Positions 47,851 to 61,700 of a stretch of 64,000 nucleotides of DNA are shown in pieces (positions within the stretch are counted from its first letter, which is position 1; each line of letters opens with the position of its first letter). The stretch comes from Lama guanicoe (taxonomy: Eukaryota). The position numbers were made by a program, and so were the translations under genes. Under the pieces are notes generated by a model. The model had not been told where the DNA came from. It was given only the letters and a program-made list of their open reading frames with translations, and did not search any database. The stretch is from assembly GCA_013239625.1 (NCBI GenBank), contig MU054662.1:11583798-11647797 (forward strand). The letters are read 5' to 3'.

Positions 47851-50800
47851 GCAGAGAGGAGGCGCTCTGAGGATGGTGTTGGGGAGGTCCGCCCCTACTG
47901 TAAGGGGGCGTCTCAGTCCTTTCAGACACCTCCTTCCCAGGCTTCCTCTTTCTGCTTGTGGGAATGGAAGTTCAGCGCCTGCTACTTTCCTCATGGGTGA
48001 CATGTTGTCATCCTCTGTCCTGGGCCTGGGAAACCTGGATTGGGATGAAGGAACTCATTTGGGATTTTTTTGTGGGCTCAAGTACAGGGAGTACTCCCTT
48101 CTTCCTCGCTGCTTCTCCTGCACCCGCTGTGCTGGGCATGCTTCCTTTGTGAGGGGCTTCAGGTCCACTCAGAGCAGGCAAACTAGTTAGAGTACCTGTT
48201 TGGAGCTTGGAATTTGAAGTGGAGCTTCACTTGGAGCTGAGTAGAGAACATCTCTCAGTTTTCCCGTATCCCTGTGGGCTGAGGTTGACCTGTTTGCCCT
48301 GATGCATGCTGCAGGCCAAAGCAGGCCAGGCTGCTCCTGATCCAGGCTCACTGACACTTTGCATGACCACGCTTGACGGCAGGACTCTGGCTTCTGCCCC
48401 TGGCCGTGTGCAAGTGGTGTGAGCTTGGATCCCAGCTGAAGGGTTGGAAAGATACTGAATCTTGGGATTAGGTCCCAAAAGCAGATCAGAAAAGCAGCTC
48501 TGCCTTTTGCTGTGGATTTACTGAAAATTTAGATTCATAGATGGTGGCGTGATCGGGTTCTGTGTTTTTGGATTCTTGAAATTTCTCAGCTTACAGGAGA
48601 CTGGGAGGAAAGGGGTATCCCTGTGACCGGCTTCCTCTGATTTTGGGGGCTGTGACTTGAATCTGTGCCAGGCTCTTCTTTTGCTCACACCATAACCATG
48701 GCATTCGGGGGATGCCACTGCACCCTTGGTTACCTGTGGGGCCCCGACACTCCACCGTATCCTGATGGACTGGAGCGCCCGGGGCTGGAGCTGGAGTCTC
48801 CACAACAACCCATTTGGCACAGCTGGTCCCTTCCTGGAGCTGAACTTCCTCCTTTCCCAGCCTTCTCCTCCTACCACCTGGTTCCTCTGGGGAGGGCTCT
48901 GGCCTGAGTCCATTTCTTTGCGCTCACTCTTCCAAATGAGCTCTGTAGAGCTGCCCTGCCCAGCCCCTACAAGCACTGCCTGAGTCACGAGGAAGAGGAG
49001 GTGGCTTCGACCTCCGCACACAGACCAGCTCGGCAGTCAGATGGCTGGGGGGAAAAGCGAAGGCCGAGAACAGGATCTCTTAATGGGCAAAGCAGCTGTT
49101 GCCCCATCTGCTACCGGCGATGCTCCTGTGGCGGTCACTCACTGGTCTAGAGTGAAAGGCCTCTGTCCCCGCTGCCTAGTGGCTGGGCTGACCTTTGGAA
49201 CCAGCCCCTGGAAGAAGATTCCTGCTGGGAATATGGGCTACACCATCAGAAGGATCCGCCTTTGGGAGAAGAAGCAGTCGAACAGCGTGACAGCTTCTGT
49301 TTGTCAGTGGTGTGTGCTCGGCCCCAGGGGGCTGTGTTGACCATGCATAATGGGTACAAGATGTATGGCCACTTGGGCTGGAAGCAGTGATGTGCAAGAT
49401 GTGAGCCTTAGCAGCTGCGTATCCCTCAGGCGTCGAGAGGGCAGAGCAAGAGAGCGGGGAGCCGCGCCGGCAGGCCTGTCACCCAGGTATGTGCTTGACG
49501 CTTTAGAGTGAACATGTCCCCCTGCGTCCTTGCCAGCAAAGACTTCAGGGCCTGCCGCATTCTCAGAGTCTCAGGAGTGGCTCATTCCCGAACCGCCTAG
49601 GGAAGGTGCAGGAGGGGGTGAGAACACCAGCACGCAGCTGCTCCTTCTAGAAGAAGGCCAATGTGGTCTCCGGGTGCGCAGGGCAGGAGATCCTGCTGTA
49701 CCCCCACACAAAAGGGACTTTTGTTTTACGTTGTAAGGGTTGGTAGTAATCCTTTAAATCGGATGCGTGAGCGTCTCTGCTTAAACCCCATTTATTATGA
49801 TGGTGGTTTCACCAATGCTTTTTCAAACTAAAATTTGAACTTAAAATATGAAATATGAAATACGAAAAAGATATGAAAATTTGAATTAAAAATATATAAT
49901 GTGTCTGGATAAGACATTTTTAGAAATGTGCTTTTTTGGCAAATTACCTTTTGTCTCTAAGGGACCTTGGACTGATGGACACTTCTAGAGTCACCTGTTC
50001 CCCCAGAGAAACTGGAAAAATGGCGAGGACCCCTTTCTGATCACATTCCAGTTGTGGTTTTCATGGGGGGGGTGCCATTAGGAGGGGGTCGGGCTTGGTC
50101 GGAGATACTCCCTCCCAGGGAGCTCTAGGTGCCAGGGGTGCCCCGAGGGGAGCAGGAGGGGGCCAGGACCAGCAGGCCCTGGAGCTCCCTCTCTGACCAG
50201 GTCCGAGCTGCAGCGGTGGAAACAAACCTGGGCCAGGCCACAGGGAGCCCCGCTGTCCTCTTGGCAGGTGGAGGGAGGGGTGTGGGGTGTGGAAATCAAA
50301 ACACCAGGAAGATGAGACCCAGGGAGGACCCTTTACTGTCTGCAGAGGAGAAGAAATGGATCGTACAGCAGGTATTTTGACCACTCGAGGAATTTTGCTT
50401 AAAGATGCAGAGCAAGTCCATGTTCCTGGAGGAAGTGTGCACGTCTGATTTTGCAAAGCAGTCAGCCTCTGGCCTCGTAACAGCAGGGTGAGGTCACACA
50501 GGGCTGGAACCAGGATCTGAGAATGAGAGCCAGTCTTCCGGGGTGGACGTTCATTTCTACGAGAAGTTTCTGCGACTTCTTGCTGCACACCAGGCAGCGG
50601 GAGCCAGGCCCTCCACGCTGAGACCCAGCAGGACCGCGCTTCCCCAAGGCATCTCTCTCTTCAGGGCCAGCACCTCTGCTGTTCGGGTGGCTCTGTGGCC
50701 GGCTGGCTTCCATTCATTTGTCTGCACATTCTTTTACTACTTGTTGAGCCTCTGCTGCTTCCAGTACCGTCCTGGGCTGTGGAGATACAGATACTAAGCT

Positions 50801-52979
50801 GTGGCCTCTGGCCTCCAGGAATTCGCTGCGTGTCAGGGACCCTGACAAGGAAATAACCCATTGCAATGTGGTGTGTAAATGCCCGGGGGAGGCTCCTCTG
50901 TTGAAAGCCCAGTGGGGGTCACGCTCTTCAGTCCTGGAGTCTGGGAGCCGAGGACAAGGGACAGACACTCAAAGGATGAAAGGACGAAGGACGGGCAGGA
51001 AGAAAGGAACTGGTGGTGATGAGAAAGGAGGCCTGTTCTCTTCCTGGTAGGAGGCCCGCTCCTCCAGTCCACCCTCCGTTTTGCTCTATGTGACGTTCCC
51101 TCCTTGGGGCTGACTGTTTTCAGGATTCGCAGTTCGTGGGGTTTTGCCTGCTTGTGCCTCATTTATCTACATTTCCCGTCTCACTGAGAACTGTGTGTGC
51201 TGCCCCGATTTCCCCCGCACCCCCGCCTTCCTCTTGTGGGACCGTTGAGGCGGCGGGCTTGTCGGCATTCTCCTCTCGTCCTCTCCTCGTTCGTGCTCGC
51301 ACCTTTCCGCCCCTCACGTCCCAAGCTTGGCGCTTTGGCTTCCCGTTCTGGCCTTGGGTTTTGTGGGGACATGTACGTGTTCCATAGTGTGCAGACTGGA
51401 TCAGCATTCTGGATCCTCACTTGAAGTAGAGGCCAATTCTTTCCATGATAAACTAGTTGTGGTATGGCAGTGAAATTTGGTGTTCAGACGAAAAAAAGTG
51501 CTGATAAAAAAATGGTAATTATTTTATACACATCTCCCCACACAATAAAGAGTAGCCTGATTTTGTCAGTCTTTCTTTGGAAGTCAGGCCTTGGAAGACG
51601 TTAGTGGAGAAAGACAGCTGTGGACTTGGTATTTAATAGTTGGTAAATCTTTATCACTGAGTGGAAACTCAACGCCACTCCTCTGGGAAAGGGTTGGGGG
51701 CGAGAGAGGAAGGAAGGGAGGTGATTGCTCCCTGGCCTGCATGGTGATTATTCTTCCGCCCCCTTGTCTTACAGCACAGAAGGAAGCCAATAGTGATGCT
51801 GGAGGGAGGGGAGGAAGTTTGGAGAGACGAGTGTGCCCTGCGGTCTTTTCTTCCTTTTTTCAAGCGCTGGTTAGTCAGGAGGGCCAGCGAAACCTGTTGC
51901 TCCGCAGGCCCTGCCCTTCCCCTGCCCTTGAAAGCGTTGTAGCTGTTGTTCGCGCCGTGCGGCACCCATGCTCACCTGGCCGTGACACCTTGCCCGGGTC
52001 GCGTGACACAGTGGAAAGAACACGGGCTTGGAGTCAGCAGAGCTAAGCTGGGGTCCTGGCATTTGCCCTTTTAGCAATGACGTTAAATGGATGAGCTGTT
52101 TGCACTTCCCTTTACTCGTCCATAAAATGAGGGTGACGATGAGGAAGGGCTGTTGGTGGACGAGTTCCTGAGTGTTCCCAAATCGGTGCTGAGGGCAGCT
52201 GTGACCATTCCCACCTCAGTGTGTCTGCTGTTGCCCAGTGATCCCCGATGTGTCCCTGGCCAGATCTTGGGTTGGGGGTGGTCTGGATTCGGCACATTCT
52301 GTCCCGCTCCCCTGCACGTATGCCTGGCACGTCCTGTTTAGTGTGGAAGCTGTGGACTCCGCAGTTCCCATTGCGCTGATCTGTAAACTGCTTCCGGCAG
52401 GACGTCCCTATACCTCTGTAGCCCCTCGGACTGGCCGGTGGACGCCTGGCGGTTCAGTGTGCTCCCGGGCAGGAGGTGCCGTAGCAGTGGTGGAAGGACT
52501 GCAGAGCTCTGGGTGCTCAGGTCTCTCGCCTCCCTTCCCGGGGATTGTTAGTCCCACTTTCAAGGCTGTCAGGCTGCAGGGTAGGGAGAAGGAGTCTCAG
52601 GTTCTTTGGCATTTCATCTTGGCTCTTTGCCATCATGTTTTGCCCAGAGGAAGGAGGGCCCAGTGAGGAGCCGGCAGACAGGTGCCCAGCAGGGACGGGT
52701 CAGTGTGTCAGGGCAGCTGTGGGACAAGGAGCCAGTGCAGCAGGGAAGCGCAGACATCACTCCCGGAGCCCTCGAGGCCCTTCGTCCTGCCGTTCCCCTT
52801 GCCCCGGGCCTCCCCTGGCCTCTCTCCACTTGGTGACCAGCCTGCTGTCTGGGGACAGGGGGTCTGAGGTGGACGACCTTGCCCTCTGGAGCTCCCTAAC
52901 CCCTGCATCCTTGGGATTCACGTGCCCCAGAAGCAGCATGCAGTTGTAGGAAGGGCCCGGCTCTGAGGCTGCCCTGCCT

Positions 52980-53100
52980 GGACTCAGCCTTCACTCTGCC
53001 CCTCCCCGTCTAACCTTGGGCTGGGCCGCTTACTCATCCTCAGAATGGGACTAGTAGTGGCATCTCCTTCATAAAGCCGTCGTGCGGATTCCGTGAGTGA
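52980..53100 (+). mobile_element. MIR fragment
   Basis: accttgggc...ctcatcctcagaatgggactagtagt...gtcgtgcggatt. Confidence 0.45.
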
Positions 53101-56100
53101 GGACAGGCGAGGCTGTCGGAGGGGCATCGGGCACTCAATCGGCGTCAGCTGCCGTTGGACTCGGCGTGCACCCTTCCTCGAAGTGGTGGCTTCTGGAGAA
53201 AGTCTGGTCTTCCTGCAAGCTTTGGCTCCTCTCCTTTGTCACCGAGGTCATTCTCGTTGTCTGGTTTCCCCCATCTCCTGCTGCAATGCCACTTTGTGCA
53301 TCTTGAGGGATTTAGATTCTGCTGATAGAAGCCCTCAGGGCACGTCAGCCTCCTCTCCCCGGGCATCCTGACTCTCGCAGCCCGGGCACTGAATTGGTAG
53401 TTTTTTTTTTTCTTTCTTTCTAGCAAGGCAAGGCCCTCCCATCCTTGGGGATTACAGGCAGAAGTGGATTTGGGGTTGGGTGAGGAAATCCAGTGGCGCA
53501 TGACAGAGATCCAGATGAGAAGCGGTCTGAAAGGGCCGTGTTAATGCCCGCGCAGGGCGGTTGCACCAGCAGTTACCACCCTAACTCATGTGGTGTGATT
53601 CAGACCCCATTCTTCACTCCGTAGTGGCATGGCCCTGGGTGAGTGAGCTCAGCTCCTGAGCCTCCGTTTCCTCACCTGCAGGATGAGAGGACGGGTAAGT
53701 TTCGTGAGTGGTACACTTGGATGCAGAGATGTGGCCGTGGACCTGTGCACTGGCTCACTTGCCTAGGAGTTCATGTGCACAGGAGGTGGTCACACCAGAA
53801 CGTGTCTCTTCTGCCACGTTAAAAAAAAGAGCGTGCTTGATTTCTCTGGGTCTCCCTCTCTTCACACTGCCGGAACACGCAAGCATCTTGGTATGTGGTG
53901 GGGGAGTGGGAGGAGGGGGTGGGGGCTGCAGGGAAGGCAGTTGGGGGGGGTGGGTGTGTGGGGGGCAGTGTTGGTGAACGTGGCTTGGGCTGCTGCAAGG
54001 TGCTATCCTTGTTTGTTTGTTTTTAAGCCGTGGCTCCAATTATGTTATAAAAAGAGACGCTTAGAAAAGAATCATCCAGGAGGATTAGCTTCTTGGCCAG
54101 GATGATTCTTGGGTCACTTGGAAGAGCGGTTGCAGCTCTAAGAAGAAATGGCCAGTCACCAGAAACAGTGAGGCAGGTGGGGGCCGGGCCGGGCCTGCGC
54201 CCTCCAGGTGGAAGGAGCCAGAACAGTTTCCATTTCTGGAGACAAGTGCCAGAGCGGGAGAGGTTGAGGCGACTGGAGTGCATCTGAGTTCCTTCCAGAA
54301 GGGCTGTGAAGGAGGCCTGGCTGGGCTGGCGCGGCCGCCCGTAGGCGGTCAAAGCGCAGAGGCCCAGTAAGTCCCCACCCGAGCCCTGGCTGGGGGCAGA
54401 GGGCCGGGCAGAGCCCCCGAGCCCAGGCAGCTGCGTCTTCCCGTAGAGCCAAGCCGGCCACCGCAGGACCGCTGCTCTCAGCCACCCCGACCCTCAGGAA
54501 GTTCGCTGGCTCTCTCTTTCTTCCTCTTGTTTGATCCAGGGAAACTGGGATCTCTTGATGGAAAGAACAGGTTGCTCCTGGCCAGGAAGGGCCTGCAGCT
54601 GCATGTCTGCTTCAGAGAGAATCCACCCACCCCGAGAGGAAGGAGGCTTTGGGTTTAAGGACCTCCCGGCCGCAGAAGCAGGCCCCGACCTCCGCCTGAG
54701 CTCTGAGCAGGGCAGGGGATGGGGCTCTGAATTTCCGCATGGGTGACTTCACGTCTCTGTGAGTGTTTTACTGACTACACCACGTGGGTCAGCAGACGAG
54801 GTCGCCATTAGGGGTCTTTCCATTCTAAAGCAGACTGTCCTGGGTGTTCCCTTTGTAACCTAGGGGCCTGAGGGGCTGAACACCCTGGGGTCCCGAAGGA
54901 GCAGAGGCTTAGGGCCTTGGGACCATCTGGGTCCTAGCTGGGAGATGGCCCTGAGGACAGGAGTGACCTCCTGAAGTGACATCCCTGCGAAGTGATGGGC
55001 CAGCACCAGACTCAGCTCCTCGGTGCTTGTGGCTGTGCCCTCCCTCCTACACCAGGCCAGTGGTGAGTGTATATGTGGCCCCGGGGATGCTGACACGCTT
55101 GTCCTGCGGGCTGGGACCTCCAGGCTGGAACTTTCAGGGGTGCCCACCTTTGGGGGGTCCTGTACTCTGGTACCCTCTCCCTCTGCCCCTGCACGAGCCT
55201 TCCGCTTCCCTTCCACCCTCACCGTGGCCCTCCCCTCCCTTCCCAGCCCCCTCATCCACCCAGCCTTTCCTCAGCGGCCATGTTCCCTGAACTGTGGGTT
55301 GGGTGAGCCTGCCTCCTGCGATCTGACCGTAGTTTTCTGGTTGCAGAACCCCGGGAAGGAGGGCTTTCCGGGGCCTGGGACTTCGGAGAGGGAAGGGTGC
55401 TCAGAAGAGACAGGAACTGGAGGTCCATCTGGGGGTTCCTAGAAGCGGCAGAGGTGCTGTGGGTGAGCTGGGGACAATCTTTCACCCGCCAGTGACTTCA
55501 GTGCCCTCTGGTTCAGCCTGATCGCCCCCCGGGTGGTTCTCTGGCCAGAATCACTGTTAACTCATTAAGAGGTGTGACTGTCACCTGACCGTGGGAAGGC
55601 AAGTGTGACTGCTCAGGTGGTAAACTTCCGAGTGCTCTGGATTAAATTTTGCCGAGTTTCTGTACTATGACCACGTTTCCTCCTCTGTCCCCTGGCCCCA
55701 CTAACACGTGCTGGCTGCCCACCATTTCCCCACGTCAGCATGCACGCGCACACACATACACGCACACGCATGCACACAGCCCTGAAGAGGCACACGGCTG
55801 AGGACGCCCTGTGTGCGTGCTGTGTGAACGCCTGGGCTCCCCGGGAGACCACGCCAGCACTTTCTCCTGAGCGTGAACTTGGGAGCTGCTGGGTGATCAG
55901 CTGGGACAAGGTGGAAGGAGCGCGAGTGTCTGGTCCTCAGGCCCCGAGTGCACGTTTCTGCTCTGGGACTCGAGCTCCTTTGAACTTCAGAGAAGTCCAG
56001 GGAGGGTGATGATAACAGTCATTCTTCCAGTGGGGTGTTGGAGGGCTAAACGGGGCCCTGTGTGTCAGGTACGGGCCAGCGTCAGCGCTCATTGAGGCAG

Positions 56101-57183
56101 CACCGTGATCGGCTGTGATCGCGGTCTCAGCCCGCACCCTTGACCAGTGGGTGTGATCACGCCCGAGCCGCCTCAGACTGTGGCGGGGACTACGGGGGAT
56201 GCTGCAGGTCAACCTCAGGCTGTCAAACAGCCTCCCCATTAAAGGCGGGGATGTGACGGAGAGGATGTCAGCGTCACCCATTCAAAGTGTCTTCTCAGGA
56301 GGAGCAGAATGTGTCCCGGTGTCTTTTCCTCTTGCCAGCTCCCGGGCACTTAAGGTGCCGGGCGCGTTGCTAGCCTGTAACGCTCAGCGGGTCCTGTGAG
56401 ATGGCCGCCCTGGAGCCCCGTGTCCCTTCTGCATCCTCGAAGTGTGTCACATCTGGGCTGCTGGAGGCCCTGGCCCCGCTACGGTGTTTCAATACAAAGA
56501 TGGGCCTTCTTACTTAGGTCACAACCCATTTAACGTATCTTCTTCGCAGCAGCCGTCAAGCCCGTGGCCCCCTGAGTGTCTGCGGCCAGTGGAGCTGGGT
56601 CTGGATCGGGGCTTGTGTCTGCCTTGCTCTGCCCTCTCCCAGCCCACAGAAGCCAGGCCTTGGGCAGGGTGGGCCCTTGGCCAGAGACCCTTTGGCAGAG
56701 AACCCAGCCTTAATTCATGGTTGTCCAAAGGCAGTCACCCAACAGGGACCGAGGCTCCCAGAGCCGACGGTGGACAGGATTGTGCTGGCCTTCCACCCCC
56801 GCCTGCCCAGCCACGGCCGGAACCTCACCCAGCTGGGGAGTCGCCCTTTTCAGGGCTGCCGGGCCGCCAGGCTGCCTCTGTGCAACGTGGTGTCCTTCCA
56901 GTTTAATGTCGTACCTCCCTAATTTGCCTCCCTGGGTAGGGTTTGGGCAGAGTCTGCTCAGCGAGCCGCAGAGCTTTCTTCCTGAGGGCTGCTCCCTCTG
57001 CCTGCGCTCACCAACAATAGCCCCATGGCTCTTGGGAGGAGGGCCTGGCCGGGGGGTGCTAGCCTGGTTGAGCTCGGAGTGGGGCAAGTGGACCGTCCAG
57101 TCAGATGTCCTGCCTTCCCTTCTGGTCCCTTCTGTCACTGTCCCTGACTCCTGGCTGCCTTCTGCCTCTCCCCGCCTCGGCAG

Positions 57184-57316
57184 GACCTGTGTGGGGCCAC
57201 CACCTGTGACACGCTGGGCATGGCTGACGTGGGCACCATGTGCGACCCCAAGAGAAGCTGTTCAGTGATCGAGGACGACGGTCTCCCCTCGGCCTTCACC
57301 ACCGCCCATGAGCTGG
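57184..57316 (+). CDS. ADAMTS15: ADAMTS15 exon 2, 133 nt
   Basis: [44 protein letters not shown](G); acceptor cggcag|GAC; donor G|GTGAGG. Confidence 0.97.
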
Positions 57317-57753
57317 GTGAGGCAGGAGGGCCCTCCTGGGGGCCGTCCGGATTTGCCTGGGCGTTCAGGCCGGGGTTCGGCGTTTGTCTTAGCTCCCTCA
57401 TGCCCTGAAGCCTTTGGGGTCCTTTCTTAGGGCCAGAGTCTGCCTTAGCAAGGGCTTATTTTCTCCCAGTTGCCCGAGCCCAGTTGACCAGTGATGCTGT
57501 CCGAGTCCATCGCTGTCTGAGGGTCTCATTAGTTAGCCTATGTTACGTGCTCTGCTGTCCTCACTGAGCCCAAGCCTGGTGGATGGGAGGGAACGTCAAG
57601 AATAGGCTCTCGACATTTGCAAAGCGATCTACCCTCAGGCAGCAATGACCCACCTGAAAACCACTGACACGGGCTCTCCCGCACCCCCACCTGGTGCCCC
57701 CACCCCTCACGCCTTCTCACCTGTAGCCCACGTTCTTCTGCCCACTGAGTCCT

Positions 57754-57957
57754 NNNNNNNNNNNNNNNNNNNNNNNNNNNNNNNNNNNNNNNNNNNNNNN
57801 NNNNNNNNNNNNNNNNNNNNNNNNNNNNNNNNNNNNNNNNNNNNNNNNNNNNNNNNNNNNNNNNNNNNNNNNNNNNNNNNNNNNNNNNNNNNNNNNNNNN
57901 NNNNNNNNNNNNNNNNNNNNNNNNNNNNNNNNNNNNNNNNNNNNNNNNNNNNNNNNN
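57754..57957. other. Assembly gap (204 N) covering ADAMTS15 exon 3
   Basis: N run. Confidence 0.99.
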
Positions 57958-57958
57958 G
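57791..57958 (+). CDS. ADAMTS15: ADAMTS15 exon 3 (inferred; second half of zinc motif and Met-turn), almost entirely inside N gap 57754-57957
   Basis: Required between exons 2 and 4. The 204-nt gap ends at G|GTGGG, a phase-1 donor. Start position assumes 168 nt as in the paralogous ADAMTS8 exon 4. Confidence 0.65.
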
Positions 57959-58145
57959 GTGGGCCCGTCCTCTCTGGACCTGTCTGTCCTGTCACCTCCG
58001 GCATGCATGGCCCGAGGAGTCAGGCTCTGACGCCTTGGTCCATCCCGTGGCCCTTGCTCCATTCTCTCCCTGCCTGGAGCCCCGGTGCTGGCCACGCCCC
58101 ACCCTTCCAGGCTCCTCCCTAATGAATGCCCTCGGCTCCCTGCAG

Positions 58146-58429
58146 GCGACTGCCTCCTGGACCAGCCCAGCAAGCCCATCGCACTGCCCGAGGACCTGCC
58201 GGGCGCCAGCTACACCCTGAGCCAGCAGTGCGAGCTGGCCTTCGGCGTGGGCTCCAAGCCCTGTCCCTACATGCAGTACTGCGCCAAGCTGTGGTGCACC
58301 GGCAAGGCCCGGGGCCAGATGGTGTGCCAGACCCGCCACTTCCCCTGGGCAGACGGCACCGGCTGTGGCGAGGGCAAGTTCTGCCTCAAGGGGGCCTGTG
58401 TGGAGAGGCATGACCTTCACAGGTACAGG
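58146..58429 (+). CDS. ADAMTS15: ADAMTS15 exon 4 (disintegrin-like domain), 284 nt
   Basis: DCLLDQPSKPIALPEDLPGASYTLSQQCELAFG...WADGTGCGEGKFCLKGACVERHDLHRYR; acceptor cctgcag|GC; donor AGG|GTGAGT. Confidence 0.97.
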
Positions 58430-59199
58430 GTGAGTGAGCTGCAGCGGCGCGGGGAGGGGCTGCTGGGGGGAAGACTTCGGGCCCTCTGCCGGGGATCCGC
58501 CCCGGCACACGTGCTGTGTGACCCCAACTGTGCCTCGGTTTCCCTGGCTGTGGTCCTGTCCCCTTCTTGACTCTAAAACCAGATGGAAAAGTCATGGCTG
58601 GTCAGAGAACCAGCTGAAGCCTCGGGCAGGTGGGGAGCCTTCTGCAGGGGCAACCGCCAGGCCCTGAGCCGCAGCCCCTCCTCCCCAGCTCTGACTGGCT
58701 CACTCGGGGCTCCTTCCTCTCTGCCCGCGTCGGCTGCTGAGGGCCCGAGGTGAGCCAGGCTCAGAACCGCGGGATTTGTTACAGCCCGAACCAGGCTTCA
58801 GTTTCTGTTGTGGCTTTTGAAGTTGGAACTAAAGGAACAGAAGTTATTTTTTTCCTGATAAATAGGAACAGCAACCAGACCCAAGCGAATTCAGAACCCC
58901 AGCTATTCTCTGAGCACATTATAGACATTGTGTTCTCCAGGTCTTGGGCTGGGGTCGCAAAGGGATTTGGACTTTTCCAGATAAAAACAAGAGGTCCGTC
59001 CTCTCCCTTGACCCTGGTGGCCATCGCCCCTCTCCTGCCCCCGCCCTGGCCACAGGAAGGCTTGCCTTGGGGTTTTATGCACACAGAGGTCATATGATAA
59101 AAGAGCCTTCACGAGGACTTTATCAGTTGCCCTGAGATGGGTGTGGTCCAGAATTATATATAATCTGTGTTCTGGGAATATATATTTAACTAAAGCTTT

Positions 59200-59465
59200 G
59201 TTCATTTATTAAGCAACAAGCCACTGTATTCAGGGATCTGAGTAAGATACTTCATTGGTCAGAAAAGCAAAAAAAAACATGGGCCACGTCAGAGGGGCCT
59301 CACAGTCTAGCGGAGATGCTGGAAAAGTGACTGTAAAATAAAACACAGACGGGTGTGCGTTGCGTGTTAAGATGCAGTTGCTTTGAGGGCAGGGATTTGC
59401 TGCACATGGTGCCAGGCATGTAGGAGGAATTCAACAAATACTTGGTGAATGACAGATTGAATGGC
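59200..59465. mobile_element. Two L2 3' fragments in opposite orientations
   Basis: catttattaagcaac...ctcacagtctagcgg and gtgccaggcatgtaggaggaattcaacaaatacttggtgaatg. Confidence 0.5.
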
Positions 59466-60776
59466 AGGAGGCAGAAGTGTTTCTTGTAGGAATGGGAGGA
59501 AGAAGTGATGCCAGGTTAAAAAAAAAAAAACAGCATCATCTCAGAAGCCACAGGAGCAAAGTTAAATATTGACACTTTCGGCCTTGAGGGGGTCACTGCT
59601 GACCTTTGAGAGGGCGGCTCCCATGGTTCGATGGGCAGAGCCGAGGAGGGAGGAGGTAGAAAGAGCAAGTGCGGTGACTGTCAGGAGGGGAGGGGACGGA
59701 AGCAGGGGGGCTCTAGTTAGAGGAGAAAGCAGGGTTAAAGGAAGTGTTCCTTTACAGGATGAAACAGATGTGCTGACACAACGAAACAAGAACTGTCTGA
59801 CAGAGGACAGCTATGATAAGCGTGCCGAGTAGCTACCTAAGTTAAAGTACTTCTCTCACACGCAGCCGGTTCCCGACTGGCTCCATGCGGGTCGGTGGCT
59901 CTGGACTCGGCACTTCCATGCCAGTCTTGCTCAGCCGGGCTGCTTCCTCGGCTGCCCAACTTCTGTGTACTCGGGGGTGAAAACTCACTTTACTGTCAGC
60001 CTAAGAAAAACATAATGAAGACTGTAAATTTTCGATCCCCTCTCCACCTTTTTGAAAAAGAGAACAACACTGCATAATTCACCCCAAAGCCAAACAGAGT
60101 TTTAGGATTGCTTGATAGCTGCTGTCTTTATCCCCCCTTTGTACAAACGTTAGATGTGCTTGCAGTGAATTTTCTCAAATTCAGCCCCGCATTGAGGTGG
60201 ACACCAGTCTGGTTTGGTGAAAAGTCTGAGTTACAGAAACCTTACAAACGAAAGTGCTCAGATGCCTGTGGCGACACGGTTCCCCGGCTGGGCTGGGGCC
60301 GGCCCCCCTTTAGCTGCGGGGACCCTCGTAGGCACAGGAACAGTCGATACGGAGAAACCTCGAACTGCACGGCACTAGGATGCATCACACACGTCGCACT
60401 GTTTAACGACCTTACACGGAAGTGTTGCCGACCCCGTTTTTGCAGGCGAAGCACCTGAAAGTTAAGGGATCATCACCCCTTGCTCAAGACCGCCTGCGTG
60501 GCGAGGGCAGAGGCTTTGGTGGGATTTGCCCGCCTGACTCCACAGCCCAGAGGCCAGTCCTCTGAGCGGCCTCGGGCATACCTGGGAGCAGCGGGCATCT
60601 GCTAATCAGCAGGTTGAAGTGCTGTGTGCGCCCGGGCGCAGGGTCATCCGCTGGTCATTTCCCCCCGTGACACAGAGTGGGTTTCGTTCTGGTGGGATGG
60701 GGTGGCGGAGGCTGTCCCATGTAGCTCCCCTGTGGTCCCTGACCCCCGCAGGGGTGTAACAGACTCTTCTTTACAG

Positions 60777-60954
60777 GTGGATGGCTCCTGGGCCAGGTGG
60801 GAGCCCTACGGCCCCTGCTCCCGCACCTGCGGAGGGGGCGTGCAGCTGGCCCGGAGGCAGTGCAGCAACCCTGCCCCCGCCAACGGCGGCAAGTACTGCG
60901 AGGGAGTGAGGGTCAAGTACCGCTCTTGCAACCTGGAGCCCTGCCCCAGCTCGG
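60777..60954 (+). CDS. ADAMTS15: ADAMTS15 exon 5 (central TSP1), 178 nt
   Basis: [29 protein letters not shown]...CNLEPCPSS(A); acceptor tttacag|GTG; donor G|GTGAGG. Confidence 0.97.
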
Positions 60955-61209
60955 GTGAGGGGCAGGGCGGCCCCGGCGGGCCTGGGGAGGTGGGCCGGAG
61001 GTCACAAAGTTACCGCAGTCCAGTTCTAACCCCCGGGACCGAGTCTGGAAGTGGAGCCAGGCAGAACCCTCTTGGGATCATTCCTCTGCCTACCCACATC
61101 TGCCCGGGGTGTTTCCTACGGTGCTGAGTTTGGGAGGCTACGTGGCCCGAGGGCGTGAGACCCCGGAACCCTTTTCATTAAGCGCCCACTAGCCCATCTC
61201 CGTAAATAG

Positions 61210-61700
61210 GAATTCTTCATCCACGGCCCCTCAACTTGGGTGGGAAGAAAACGACAGCTCCATATTTACTAACCTTTTAATCTAAAATTTAGTACTTCCT
61301 TCCATTAGAAATCAGTATTTTTTAACTAGCCTCTCCATCTAAAATTTAGTGTTTCTTTTAATTAGGCAAAAAGTGCCAGTGCTAGTAGCAGCACCTCTGG
61401 CTCTGCCACCGATAGAAATCGCAGGTGTTTTCATGTGACACCTCAGTGGTTACAGATTTCTTAACATGCCATTTGCACTCATCACTACTGTGAAGTTACA
61501 GTAGTTAGTAGACTTATTGTTGAATCTTGTTATTAAATGGGTTTGCAAGGAAGCTCACACAGCACAAGTACGTTTCCAGGTGTACTGGTGGTTGTATATG
61601 ACTGTAATTGGTATTCCTTGTCATCTGTGTACGTATCTTACACATTTAAGAACATTCTGAAAGCAGCTTCAACAGCCCACTGAGGGGTTCTATTTAGGAT
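61210..61700. mobile_element. hAT-Charlie (Charlie4-like) fossil with a ~55-bp internal duplication
   Basis: AT-rich block in a GC-rich intron; ctaacc..atctaaaatttagt occurs twice (~61265-61365). Confidence 0.5.

Noticed and set aside
57754-57957. Loss of the ADAMTS15 catalytic exon (pseudogene)
   Set aside because: The missing exon coincides with an N gap of adequate size ending at a donor; all other exons are intact
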